In this document: positions 1 to 12,158 of the stretch, piece after piece
Position numbering within the stretch: the stretch's first letter is position 1
How the letters are laid out: each line of letters begins with the position of its first letter
Translations under genes and position numbers: made by a program
Assembly (NCBI GenBank): GCA_963805975.1
Contig: CAWDVR010000005.1
Location: 352,001-416,000, forward strand
DNA: 64,000 nucleotides
Direction of reading: 5' to 3'
Origin: an uncultured Acidobacteriota bacterium
Lineage (GTDB): Bacteria > Acidobacteriota > Thermoanaerobaculia > Multivoradales > SZUA-115
Notes under the pieces: model-generated
What the model saw: the letters and a program-made list of their open reading frames with translations, nothing else
What the model was told of the DNA's origin: nothing
Database searches by the model: none

Positions 1-260
1 GCTCGAGCTGGTCGGGGTGTTCGGGCGTCTGAACAGCCGGCGCCTGCCCGCCTACCACCGCCTGGACCTGCGCGCTGAGCCGCCGCTGGGAGCTCTCCGC
101 GAGCCGGCTGACGGCCTATCTCGACGTCCAGAACCTCTACGACCGCAGAAACCTCGCCGGCTTCGACGTCTCGCTCGACGAGGGCGCGGGCGTGGTGGAG
201 CTCGAGAACGAGGACTGGCCGGGGATCTTTCCGTCGGTGGGTATTACCTGGACTTTTTAG
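1..260 (+). CDS. 3' end of a TonB-dependent outer membrane receptor (partial; one apparent +1 frameshift near nt 74)
   Basis: Joined frames read NSRRLPAYHRLDLR / SRRWEL..YLDVQNLYDRRN..WPGIFPSVGITWTF*, a typical beta-barrel C-terminus ending in Phe. Confidence 0.8.
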
Positions 261-275
261 AGGGGGCCTTCTGAG

Positions 276-1334
276 TCAGCGCCGCCGCACGATCAGCGTT
301 CCGCCTGCGAGCTCTCCCTCGAGCCCCGCGCCGGGGAGGACGACGAAGGGGGCCTGGTCCGGCCGCAGCCCGCCGATCCCTCCGCGGAGCACGATCTCGC
401 GCGCCGGGCGGGCCAGCTCTTCGTTGGCGAAGCGGATCTGCCAGCCGGTCTCGCGCGCCACCCAGTCGAGGAAGTCCCCGACCTTCCGGCCCTCGACCTC
501 GAAGCGGGCGGCGGCGAGCACCCAATCCCACTCCGGGCCGTAGGGGGCGCGCGCGCGCCGCGCCTCGGTTCCGTCGCGGTAGAGCACCAATTCCTCCCCG
601 GCGGGCGCCACGCGGGTGCTCCCGTCGCGCTCCACCTCCACCGCCCCGTCGCGGACCTGGACGGAGAGCGCACCGCCTTGGCCGTCGACGCGGACGGCGA
701 ACCGCGTGCCGATGTCGCGCGCCGTACCGAGCGGCGTTTCTACGGCGAGGCGCGCGCCCGCCCCGGCCCCGGTGTCGGCATAGACCGCTCCCTGCGCGAG
801 GGAGATCTCGGTGGCCGACACGAAGTGCAGCCGGGTGGTCTTGTCGAGGCGCACGGAGACCCCGCTCGCGAGTGTCAGCAAGGCCCGGCTCGCGGGCTCG
901 CCGGCGCCGGTCGAGAGGGCGGCCCCGGTGGGGATCGCCTCGCCCGGCGCGAGGGCGCGCGGCGTGCCGCCCGCGACTTCCATGGAAACCGGGCCGGTCG
1001 CGGCCTCGAGGCGGGCGACGCTCTGAACCTGGGCTCCCTGGGATCGAGTTCCGGGCGACACGCGCTCGCGTTGGGAGAACCACCACCAGCCGAGGCCGGA
1101 GGTGAGGGCGAGGGCGGCCGCCAGGGCCGCCGCGAGGGGCCAGGCCGGGCGGCGCCGGGTGGTGCGGGCGTGCCGCCGGAGCTGGAACCGCCAGGCGGAG
1201 CGCAGGTGGGCGTTGATCTCGTCGAGGTCCTCCTGCGGGATGGGCGGGCGCGGTCCGGCTCTCTCGAGCAGGCTCCGGACCTCGGCTTCCTCGGGGTCCG
1301 CGAAACGCCCGGCCGTGGTTTTTCTCTCATCCAT
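276..1334 (-). CDS. FecR-family anti-sigma factor / transmembrane sensor
   Basis: Single TM helix (WPLAAALAAALAL..GWWWF), FecR-like motifs (LAQGAVYAD, VETPLGTARDIGTRFAV, VQVRDGAVEV); overlaps the ECF sigma stop. Confidence 0.85.
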   Translation of the reverse strand: MDERKTTAGRFADPEEAEVRSLLERAGPRPPIPQEDLDEINAHLRSAWRFQLRRHARTTRRRPAWPLAAALAAALALTSGLGWWWFSQRERVSPGTRSQGAQVQSVARLEAATGPVSMEVAGGTPRALAPGEAIPTGAALSTGAGEPASRALLTLASGVSVRLDKTTRLHFVSATEISLAQGAVYADTGAGAGARLAVETPLGTARDIGTRFAVRVDGQGGALSVQVRDGAVEVERDGSTRVAPAGEELVLYRDGTEARRARAPYGPEWDWVLAAARFEVEGRKVGDFLDWVARETGWQIRFANEELARPAREIVLRGGIGGLRPDQAPFVVLPGAGLEGELAGGTLIVRRR

Positions 1335-1911
1335 GGTCCCGCTCCTCGGCCCGCAGGCTCTCGTAGGTCCGCCGGAACGCCTCCCGTGCCCGGGTCAACA
1401 GCGACTCGGCCGCTTTCGGCGCCACTTCGAGGCGGGAGGCGATCTCTTTGACCGGCAGCTCTCCGACGTACTTCCACTCGAGCGCCCGCGCGTAGCGGGC
1501 TGGCAGCACGTCGAGCGCCATGTGCACACGCCGGGCCTCCTCCCGCGCGAGGAGCGCCGTCTCGGCATCGCCGGTCGAAGAGCGGCCGAAGCCGGGCTCC
1601 GGCTCTGCTTCGAGCTCGACCTCCGGCGGCGCCGTCCGCTGCCGCCTGAAGTGCATCAGCATCTCGTTACGGCAGCAGGCGCAAAGCCAGGTCAGGAGCG
1701 ACGCCTCGGCGCGATAGCCGTCGAGCTTCGAGAGCGCCTTGAGCATCGTCGTCTGCACCAGCTCGCGCGTCAGCTCGCGGTCGCCCGCGAGCCGGGCGTG
1801 GGCGAAGCGGTAGACGGCTGCCGTATAGCGCCCGCCGAACGCTTCGAAGGCGTCCTCGTCGCCCGCCAGCATGCGCCGGACGAGCTCCAGGTCTTCGAGA
1901 TGGTCGCCCAC
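1327..1911 (-). CDS. ECF RNA polymerase sigma factor (FecI-like partner of the FecR gene)
   Basis: Region 2 (ELVQTTMLKAL..LLTWLCACCRN) and region 4 (LPVKEIASRLEV..AESLLTRAR). Confidence 0.9.
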   Translation of the reverse strand: MGDHLEDLELVRRMLAGDEDAFEAFGGRYTAAVYRFAHARLAGDRELTRELVQTTMLKALSKLDGYRAEASLLTWLCACCRNEMLMHFRRQRTAPPEVELEAEPEPGFGRSSTGDAETALLAREEARRVHMALDVLPARYARALEWKYVGELPVKEIASRLEVAPKAAESLLTRAREAFRRTYESLRAEERDHG

Positions 1912-1927
1912 GCCTCGCCTCGAGCTC

Positions 1928-2290
1928 TCAGTCGCGCTCGAAGTCGGTGAGCGTCAGATCGTTGTCGATCACCAACCCCACCTCCGGGCAGTAGACCTTG
2001 ACGCTCTCCGCGCCCGGCTCGAGCGGCGTGGTCTCGAGCACTCCGACGCAGTCGTCGAAGGTCTCGTCCGCGGCGTCGACCACGAGCCCCATCTCGACGT
2101 GCTCGGCGCGGTCGAGAGCCACGCCGGGAGCGATCTCCTGGAAGTAGCGCGAGCCCAGGAGGAAGCGGGCCGGGAAGATGATACCCGGCTGCGCGCCGCC
2201 GACACCGGCCTGCCAGGAGCCCTCGTGCGAGACGATCTCCCCGTCCTCGTAGAAATCGACCGCTTCGCCGAAATAGAAGACGTCGTTGGT
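1928..2290 (-). pseudogene. 5'-truncated conserved hypothetical protein (C-terminal ~120 aa only)
   Basis: Open frame TNDVFYFGEAVDFYEDGEIVSHEGSWQAG..QEIAPGVALD..KVYCPEVGLVID*; no in-frame start at the 5' end of the homologous segment; paralogous to 2451-2790. Confidence 0.6.
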
Positions 2291-2329
2291 TGAACGGATG
2301 GTCTTGGTGCTCTTGGGTGATCCTCCGTT

Positions 2330-2408
2330 GAATAGCCGAGGCTCTGAAGAAGTCCATCGAGGCCGGCAGGTCTTTGACGGGCAGGTTGACGAAGATCTTG
2401 GTGCTCAT
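2330..2408 (-). pseudogene. N-terminal fragment of a VOC/glyoxalase-family protein
   Basis: GGAGG RBS followed by MSTKIFVNLPVKDLPASMDFFRA(LGYS), then the frame breaks. Confidence 0.6.
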
Positions 2409-2450
2409 GGGTGGTCCTCCTGTTGGATAGCGTCGCTCATCCAGCGCCAT

Positions 2451-3146
2451 GATACCGGCAACGACTACGAGGACGGCCAGATCGTGGGCCACGGCGGCGC
2501 CTGGCGGGCCGGCGTCGACGGCGCCAAGCCCGGCATCATCATGCTGGGCTCGCCGGTGGTGGGTGCCAGGTACTACCAGGAGCTCGCCCCCGGCGTGGCC
2601 GAGGACCGCGGGGAGGTGACGGGGATCGACGGCGAGGCCGAGGTTCCGGCCGGGACCTTCGACCACGTGCTCAGCATCGTCGACACCAACCCCTTGAGCC
2701 CGGGAGGCAGCGGGGACCTGAAGCTCTACGCCCGTGGCGTGGGGATCATCGCGGACGAGGCGCTGGAGCTGGTGGAGATCACTCCTCCGCCCTGCCAGCC
2801 GGACGCCACCACGCACTGCCTGCAGAACGGCCGCTTCGAGGTGCAGGTCGAGTGGGGGGCCGCCCAGGGCACGAGCGGAGACGGCCAGGCCATCCTCGCC
2901 GCGGCCGACAGCGGCGAGTTCTGGTTCTTCAACGCCAACAACACCGAGCTCTTGGTCAAGGTGCTCGACGCCTGTGCCCTGCCCGAGTTCAACTCCTACT
3001 GGGTGTTCGCCGCCGGGCTGACCAACGTCGAGGTGACTCTGACCGTCACCGACACCAAGACCGGGGCCACCAAGGTTTACGAGAACCCGCAGGGCCGGAA
3101 CTTCAGGCCGGTGCTCGACACCGCGGCCTTCGCCACCTGCCCCTGA
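2451..3146 (+). CDS. 5'-truncated protein: conserved hypothetical domain plus a Cys-flanked C-terminal beta domain
   Basis: NDYEDGQIVGHGGAWRAG..YYQELAPGVAED.. followed by CQPDATTHCLQNGRFEV..FWFF..VKVLDAC..WVFAAGLTNVEV..AFATCP*; strong GC3 bias only from ~2451. Confidence 0.7.
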   Translation, partial: DTGNDYEDGQIVGHGGAWRAGVDGAKPGIIMLGSPVVGARYYQELAPGVAEDRGEVTGIDGEAEVPAGTFDHVLSIVDTNPLSPGGSGDLKLYARGVGIIADEALELVEITPPPCQPDATTHCLQNGRFEVQVEWGAAQGTSGDGQAILAAADSGEFWFFNANNTELLVKVLDACALPEFNSYWVFAAGLTNVEVTLTVTDTKTGATKVYENPQGRNFRPVLDTAAFATCP

Positions 3147-3160
3147 AGAGGAGAGGCCGC

Positions 3161-3191
3161 AAAAGAAAAGGGGACCGCTTGGGCGGTCCCC
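3161..3191 (-). terminator. Rho-independent terminator of the TonB receptor gene (may be bidirectional)
   Basis: GGGGACCGC-TTGG-GCGGTCCCC hairpin with an A-tract on its left, which is a U-tract on the minus strand. Confidence 0.8.
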
Positions 3192-3220
3192 TCGTGTGGC
3201 CCGACGATGCTGCCGGAGGC

Positions 3221-6200
3221 TCAGAAGGTGAGGCGCACGCCGATCTTGGCCTGCCAGCGGGAGCGCAGGTCGTCGGCGGAGAAGCGGGCGTCGGGGTTGG
3301 TGACGGTCAGCCGGTAGATCGGCTTGCCGGTGGCCGCGTCGACGCCGGCCAGGTTGACGGGCGAGATCTCGTCGAACTGCACGTAGCGCACCCGGCCCGA
3401 GTCGCTGTCGAACACGTTGGCGAGGTTCAGCAGGTCGAGGATCAGGCTCAAGCGGAAGCGGCTGATCGGGATCGACTGCTCGACGTGGACGTCGAGCTGG
3501 TGGAACCAGGGGGCACGCGAGGCGTTGCGCTCGACGATGCCGCCACGGGCGTCGGACAGGCCCTCGTCGGCGTTGACGTAAGAGTTGAACAGCGCCCACT
3601 GCGAGTTCTGGATCGCGGCATCACGGGTCTGAGCGGCGCAGGTCGCCGCCACGGTGCTGGTGCAGAACAGCACGTCGGACTGGCTGCCGGGCACGAAGAG
3701 CAGGTCGTTGTCGTTGGCGTCGCCGTTGATGTCGTTGGCGAACGTCGTCGAGTACGGCCGGCCGGACTGGGCGTTGTAGAAGAACGAGAAGGTGGTGGGA
3801 GCCTTCTCCCAGAACCGGGCCTGGTAGGAGGCTGAGGCGTTGAAGCGGTGCTCGATCTCGTAGTCCGAGGTGGAGAGCGCCGGGTTGTTCGGGTCGCCGG
3901 GCACGTAGACGAAGCGCCAGTTCGAGACCGCCTGGCTGGAGTTGCCGTCGTTGATCGACTCGGCGTCGCCGAAGGCGTAGGAGACGGACGCCGCGATGCC
4001 GTTGCGGAACGGCCGCTCGAGCTTCAGGGCGGCCGTCAACTGGTCGCCCTCGGAGGTATTGGTGAGGAGGATCACGTCGCTGAAACGCGCGTCCTTGCGG
4101 CGGAAGGTCGGCCGGCCGTCGAAGCCCAGACGGTTGCCGGTGGGGATCACGTTGAGGTTCTCGTAGGCGATCTCTTCCTCGTTCTGCGAGTAGATCACCT
4201 CGGCCGAGGCGACCAGGCCCCAGAGGCCGAGGTCGTAGTCATAGGCCAGGTTGGTGCGCAGCACCTGCGGGAACTCGAAGTCGGGGTCGGTGAAGTCGAC
4301 CTCGTTGGTCACCGCGCCGCCGATCGAGGTCGGCTGGTTGAAGGGATCGGGGTTGAAGGGGATGTTGTTGTTGGCCGAGACCGTGCCGTTGACGCGGAAG
4401 GTCAGGCGGGTGAACTCGACGCCGGTGTTGCCGTACTGGTTCGAGAGCCAGACGTAGGGGGCGCGGCCGGAGAAGATGCCGACGCCGCCGCGCAGCTGCT
4501 GCTTGCCGTTGCTCGCCAGGTCCCAGTTGAAGCCGATGCGGGGCGACAGCAGCAGGTTGCCGTCCGGCAGCTCGCTGGTCGAGTAGCCGAAGACCTGCGA
4601 GGCCGTGGCGTTGAACGACGGCTCGTCCGGGAAGAAGGGCACGTCGGCGCGCACACCGAGGGTCAGCGTGACGTTCGGGCGCACGGTCCAGCGGTCACCG
4701 ACGTAGAGGCCGTACTGCTGCACGTCGAACTTGGCGGCCTGTTTGGGATTGCCGGTGTTCGAGAAGCTGTAGTCGTACTGCACGGCCCAGCCGTTCTCGA
4801 AGTCGGAGAGCGTGTTGAAGGTGTAGGCGCCGAAGTTGTCGCGGATGAACAGGTTCTCGAAACCGAAGAACTCGTTGTGGGTGCCGATCGTCAGCGTGTG
4901 GTCACCGGTGATCCAGGTGATGTCGTCGGTGATCTCCAGGATGTCCTGGTCGAGCGCGTTGGCCGCCGAGAAGCGCTCGGTGCCGGCCTCGAAGATGCGC
5001 GCGCCGGGCGTGCCGTTGACGTTCGAGATGCCGCGCACCTGCACGAAGGGGAAGGGATCGTTGCCGACCCGCGTGTCCTTGATCGTCTGGTAGGTGATGC
5101 GCGCCTCGTTGAACAGCGAGCCGCTGAGCACGCTGTTGAGCTGCAGCACGCTCGAGTTGGTCTCGTCCGTGAAGTGGTAGACGTCGTCCGGGAAGCGGTA
5201 GGTGGTCGCGCCCTGGAACAGGATGTCGTTGGTGGCGTCGATGTAGTTGTGGCGCAGCGTGAGCTGGTTCGAGGCGTTGGCGTTGAAGTCGAGGCGGCCG
5301 AAGATCATGTCGTTGTCGGTGGTGCGGGTGACCTCCGAGAAGCCGCCTGGATCGTAGCCGTAGCGGTTGACCAGCGTGTTGCGGAAGCGGGTGGCCTCGG
5401 CCACGGAGCCGAAGTTGACGCCGCTCGAGCCGTCGATCGAGAAGCCGCTCGGGCGGTCGCGGCGGTTGAGCTCGCCGTTGGCGAAAAAGAAGAGCTTGTC
5501 GCGGAGGATCGGGCCGCCGATCGACAGGCCGTACTGCGACTCCTCGAAGGTGCCGAACTCGCGGTCGTCGGGCCCGTCGCCCACGTAGTCTTCGCTGCGG
5601 GTGTAGTAGTAGGCCGAGCCCTGGAAGGCGTTGGTGCCGCTCTTGGTGATGGCGTTGACACCGCCGCCCGAGAAGCCGCCCTGCCGCACGTCGTAGGGCG
5701 CCACCAGGAGCTGCAGCTCCTGGATCGCGTCGAGGCTGACCGGCTGCGTCTCGGCCTGGCCCCCGGGGTTGCCCTGGGCGGCGAGACCGAAGAGGTCGTT
5801 GTTCACCGCGCCGTCGATCTGCACGTTGTTGTAGCGGTTGTTGCGCCCGGCGACGGTCAGGGCGGCAGGCCCGTCGTTGTCCGAGTTGGTGGAGAAGAAG
5901 GGGTTGGTGCGGGCGAAGTCCTCGATGCCGCGCGATACCGTGGGCAGGCTGACGATCGCCTCCGACGACACGTTGGAGGAGGCACCGGTCTTCGCCGGGT
6001 TGATCAGCGAGCTGCTCTCGCCGACCACGGTCACCGTCTCCTCGATGGTGGCGATCGGCAGCCTGAAGGTGAGGCTCTTGTCCTCGCCGAGGTTGACGAA
6101 GACGTCCGCCTGCTCCTGGTTCTTGAAGCCGTCGATCGCGACACTCACCGTGTACGGGCCGCCGACGCGGACGTTGAGCATGGAGAACCGGCCGTCGTCA

Positions 6201-6436
6201 CGCGTGGTCGCGGTGTACACGGTGCCGGTGGGCTGGTGGATGGCGGTCACCACCGTGCCGGGAAGGGCGGTCTCGCCCTCCTCGTCGGTGATCAGGCCGG
6301 AGAGAGTGCCCGTGGTGGAGCCCTGGGCAAAGGCCACCCCGGTCCAGCCGAGGGCCAAGACCAGGGCGAGGGCTAGGCAAGGCAGGAGCCTGCTGAGCAG
6401 GGCCGCCGGCCGAGGGTGAGTCAGGCTCGAATGCAT
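3221..6436 (-). CDS. TonB-dependent receptor, Oar-like, with N-terminal carboxypeptidase-regulatory-like domain
   Basis: GGAGG RBS, signal peptide ending AFA, plug motifs (IDGAVNND, GGFSGGGVNAITKSGTN), C-terminal KIGVRLTF. Confidence 0.92.
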   Translation of the reverse strand: MHSSLTHPRPAALLSRLLPCLALALVLALGWTGVAFAQGSTTGTLSGLITDEEGETALPGTVVTAIHQPTGTVYTATTRDDGRFSMLNVRVGGPYTVSVAIDGFKNQEQADVFVNLGEDKSLTFRLPIATIEETVTVVGESSSLINPAKTGASSNVSSEAIVSLPTVSRGIEDFARTNPFFSTNSDNDGPAALTVAGRNNRYNNVQIDGAVNNDLFGLAAQGNPGGQAETQPVSLDAIQELQLLVAPYDVRQGGFSGGGVNAITKSGTNAFQGSAYYYTRSEDYVGDGPDDREFGTFEESQYGLSIGGPILRDKLFFFANGELNRRDRPSGFSIDGSSGVNFGSVAEATRFRNTLVNRYGYDPGGFSEVTRTTDNDMIFGRLDFNANASNQLTLRHNYIDATNDILFQGATTYRFPDDVYHFTDETNSSVLQLNSVLSGSLFNEARITYQTIKDTRVGNDPFPFVQVRGISNVNGTPGARIFEAGTERFSAANALDQDILEITDDITWITGDHTLTIGTHNEFFGFENLFIRDNFGAYTFNTLSDFENGWAVQYDYSFSNTGNPKQAAKFDVQQYGLYVGDRWTVRPNVTLTLGVRADVPFFPDEPSFNATASQVFGYSTSELPDGNLLLSPRIGFNWDLASNGKQQLRGGVGIFSGRAPYVWLSNQYGNTGVEFTRLTFRVNGTVSANNNIPFNPDPFNQPTSIGGAVTNEVDFTDPDFEFPQVLRTNLAYDYDLGLWGLVASAEVIYSQNEEEIAYENLNVIPTGNRLGFDGRPTFRRKDARFSDVILLTNTSEGDQLTAALKLERPFRNGIAASVSYAFGDAESINDGNSSQAVSNWRFVYVPGDPNNPALSTSDYEIEHRFNASASYQARFWEKAPTTFSFFYNAQSGRPYSTTFANDINGDANDNDLLFVPGSQSDVLFCTSTVAATCAAQTRDAAIQNSQWALFNSYVNADEGLSDARGGIVERNASRAPWFHQLDVHVEQSIPISRFRLSLILDLLNLANVFDSDSGRVRYVQFDEISPVNLAGVDAATGKPIYRLTVTNPDARFSADDLRSRWQAKIGVRLTF

Positions 6437-6695
6437 GGTGAATCCTCCTGGTATGCGGGGGCGTGGTCGTTCGGGCGGTATTCGGCTCGCCTGGGGAGCT
6501 TGCACATAGAGAGCGGGAGCTCCGAAGATGGACAGCGCAGGCCTCGGCGTCCTGCTAAGAGAAAACGGATCGGGGCGGAGCTTATACAGGTTCCCCGCCG
6601 CCTGGGAAGAGCCATTTCTTGAACGCCGTACGCCGGCTTCGTGGCAGGGGTGTGACGGCGCGGGCTAACCTACGATGGCCGCTGTCTTTTCGCTC

Positions 6696-7467
6696 TCAGG
6701 TGGCCTTGCGGTGCAGGTGGTGGGCGGTGGCCTGGTCGCGGGGGCGGACCACGATCTCGTCCACGTTGACGTGCGGCGGGCGGGTCGCCGCCCAGACGAT
6801 GCAGTCCGCCACGTCCTCGGCGGTGAGCGGCGTCAGGCCGCGGTAGACCGCCGCGGCGCGCTCGGCATCGCCCTCGAAACGGACCAGCGAGAACTCGGTT
6901 TCGACCAGGCCTGGGGCGATGTCGGTCACCCGCACCGGCTGCCCGAGGAGCTCGAGGCGCAGGGTGCGGGTGAGGGCGCGTTCGGCGTGCTTGGCGGCGG
7001 TGTAGCCGGCGCCGCCGGCGTAGGTCTCGAAGCCGGCGATCGAGCCCACGTTCACCACGTGCCCGTCCCCCGAGGCGAGGAGCGCCGGCAGCAGGCCACG
7101 GGTCATGCGGAGCGTGCCCAGCACGTTGGTGTCGAACATCTGCCGCCACTTGGCCTCGTCGGCCTCGCCGATCGACTCGAGGCCCACCGCGCCGCCGGCA
7201 TTGTTGACCAGGAGGTTCGACCGCCGGCACCGCCGCCGTGAAGGCGGCGACGCTCGCCGGGTCGGTGACGTCGAGCGGCAGGGCCCGGCCGCCGATCTCG
7301 GCCGCCAGCTTCTCCAGGCGGTCGAGGCGCCGGGCGCCGGCCACCACCTCGAAGCCCGCCGCGGCCAGGGCACGGGCGGTGGCCGCGCCGATGCCGGAGG
7401 AGGCCCCGGTCACGACCGCCACCTTGCGCCCCACGACCTTGTGTTGCGTCTCGCTCCCGCCGGGCAT
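6696..7467 (-). CDS. Short-chain dehydrogenase/reductase (YdfG-like), one frameshift near 7220
   Basis: TGASSGIG in one frame; LVNNAG and YxxxK (YTAAK) in the other. Confidence 0.85.
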
Positions 7468-7479
7468 CGCGGCAGTCTA

Positions 7480-7941
7480 TCAACCGGGCAAGCTGCCGCC
7501 GGCGGCGGCAGGGGCCTCGGCGTCGAGGCGCCGGGCCGCCGCCACCACTCCGCGCTCGTTGTCGAAGGTGATGCGGGCGAGCGCCTCCTCCCACGGCATC
7601 CAGGCGGCGCCCGAGACCTCGCGGCGGTCGAAGTTCCGGCAGTCTCCCTCGACGTACGAGAGCAGGAAGTAGTGCACCCGCTTGTGCACCCGCACCACGC
7701 GGCGCTCGACGAACCAGTACTCGATCTCGGGCAGGGGAAGGAGCACGCTGCCGGAGACCCCGGTCTCCTCGCGCACCTCGCGCACCGCCGCCTCCGGCGG
7801 CGTCTCGCCGGCCTCGACCCGGCCCTTGGGGAGCTGCCAGCGCCGGCCGCCGGCGGTCGAGATGAGCAGCACCTCGCCGCCGCGCACCACCAGCCCGCCG
7901 GCCGACACCTGATGCTCGTCGTTCATCGCTACGGGGTTCAT
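7480..7941 (-). CDS. NUDIX hydrolase
   Basis: Nudix box GRVEAGETPPEAAVREVREETG; the start may be 7926. Confidence 0.9.
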   Translation of the reverse strand: MNPVAMNDEHQVSAGGLVVRGGEVLLISTAGGRRWQLPKGRVEAGETPPEAAVREVREETGVSGSVLLPLPEIEYWFVERRVVRVHKRVHYFLLSYVEGDCRNFDRREVSGAAWMPWEEALARITFDNERGVVAAARRLDAEAPAAAGGSLPG

Positions 7942-7986
7942 GACTGGGCAGGGAAACGCGGCGAGCGCGCTCGCCGGCTCGGCTCT

Positions 7987-8574
7987 CTAGTTGGCGTTGC
8001 CGTCTCCGGCCGGAGGGGTCCAGGCCGGCAGGCTCCCGGGATCGATACCCACCGAGCGCACCGCCACCTCCCAGCTCGCGGCCCCCTCGGCGCCGAACAC
8101 CAGCTCGTGCGACACCGGCGCGGTCAGCCAGTCGTTGCGCAGGATCTCGTCGATCAACTGGCTCGAGCCCCAGCCGGCGTAGCCCAGGAACATGCGAAAG
8201 GCCTTGGGTGGCACGGCGGCGAGCTTGGCGAGGTCGCCCACGTGCTGGGTGATGGCGAGGCCCGGCAGCAGCTCGGCGGCGCCTTCGGGCTCCGGCCCCT
8301 CGCCGCCGGCCGGCGAGAACAGGATGCTGCCGAGCTCGGTCTGCACCGGGCCGCCGAAGTGGATCACCTCGCCGGGGTCGCCCTGCCAATCGATCTCCAT
8401 GCGCTCGAGGATGTCCGTGACCCGGATCTCCATCGGCCGGTTGACGATGAAGCCGAAGCTCCCTTCTTCGTCGTGATGGATCAGGAGGACCACGCTGTGC
8501 TGAAAAAAGGGATCGAGGACCTGCGGCATCGCCAGCAACAGCACGGGCGCCTTGAGTGCGGCGTCGGTGGCCAT
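7987..8574 (-). CDS. YqgE/AlgH family protein
   Basis: DPFFQHSVVLL..GFIVNRP, GGPV, FLGYAGWG..QLIDEI motifs. Confidence 0.9.
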   Translation of the reverse strand: MATDAALKAPVLLLAMPQVLDPFFQHSVVLLIHHDEEGSFGFIVNRPMEIRVTDILERMEIDWQGDPGEVIHFGGPVQTELGSILFSPAGGEGPEPEGAAELLPGLAITQHVGDLAKLAAVPPKAFRMFLGYAGWGSSQLIDEILRNDWLTAPVSHELVFGAEGAASWEVAVRSVGIDPGSLPAWTPPAGDGNAN

Positions 8575-8684
8575 TTCGCGGCCATCTTAGCTCGAACCGG
8601 CTGCCATCCGCGCTTTCTTTGCGCTATCGTTTGGCCGCCGTTCGATAGGATTTGCGACCCGCCTTCGACCCCGAGGAGCTCAAG

Positions 8685-11441
<2,757 letters not shown>

Positions 11442-11456
11442 AGGGGAGGCTGCGGC

Positions 11457-11999
11457 GTGGCAGGGGTCGTCACCGCGGTCAGCGTCGGCTCCACGCACGC
11501 CTTCAGCAAGGTGAACGTGGGCAGTGTTCGGCTCCTTGCGGGGAAGGGCGTCGAAGGCGACGCGCACATGGGCGAGACGGTGAAACACCGCTCGCGCGTG
11601 GCCCAGGACCCCACCCAGCCCAACCTCCGCCAGGTCCACCTGATCCACGCCGAGCTGCACGACGAGCTGAGCGCCGCCGGCTTCGACGTGGCCGCCGGAC
11701 AGATGGGCGAGAACATCACCACCCGCGGCATCCGCCTGCTCGAGCTGCCCACCGGCACCGGGCTCCGGGTGGGCGACACGGCGGTGATCGAGGTCACCGG
11801 CCTGCGCAACCCCTGCGCCCAGTTGGACCACTTCCAGCAAGGCCTCCTCGCCGCCGTCCTGGGCCGTGACGAGGACGGCAACCTCGTCCGCAAGTCCGGG
11901 ATCATGGGTGTAGTGAGGGCCGGTGGAGAAGTGCGGCCTGGAGATGCGGTACAAGTCGAGCTGCCTCCGGAGCCGCACCAGGCGCTGGAGCGAGTGTGA
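11457..11999 (+). CDS. MOSC domain protein
   Basis: GVEGDAH, RQVHLI, GENITTRG, RNPC motifs. Confidence 0.88.
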   Translation: MAGVVTAVSVGSTHAFSKVNVGSVRLLAGKGVEGDAHMGETVKHRSRVAQDPTQPNLRQVHLIHAELHDELSAAGFDVAAGQMGENITTRGIRLLELPTGTGLRVGDTAVIEVTGLRNPCAQLDHFQQGLLAAVLGRDEDGNLVRKSGIMGVVRAGGEVRPGDAVQVELPPEPHQALERV

Positions 12000-12158
12000 G
12001 CGCGTTTCCGGGGACGCCTTATCCGGGTCCTCGACGGCGACCTGAAGAGCTATTCCGGGTCTTTCTCTCGCGTTCTGACCGCGGCCGAGGGACGCGGAAG
12101 TTGGGTTGCTGGTAGGGTGCGGGCTTCAGGCCCAAAGCTCAACCTCCAGGAGCCCCCA

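Noticed and set aside
3848-6376. Long antisense or alternative-frame ORFs (842 aa here; also 9675-11978, 32244-35264, 32591-35206)
   Set aside because: They are shadows of real high-GC genes: Arg/Gly/Pro-rich or antisense, with no family motifs.
6437-6695. Possible riboswitch upstream of the TonB receptor
   Set aside because: I could not find cobalamin, TPP or other recognisable aptamer motifs.
7200-7240. Programmed frameshift in the SDR gene
   Set aside because: There is no slippery heptamer, and similar indels elsewhere in the window point to sequencing error.
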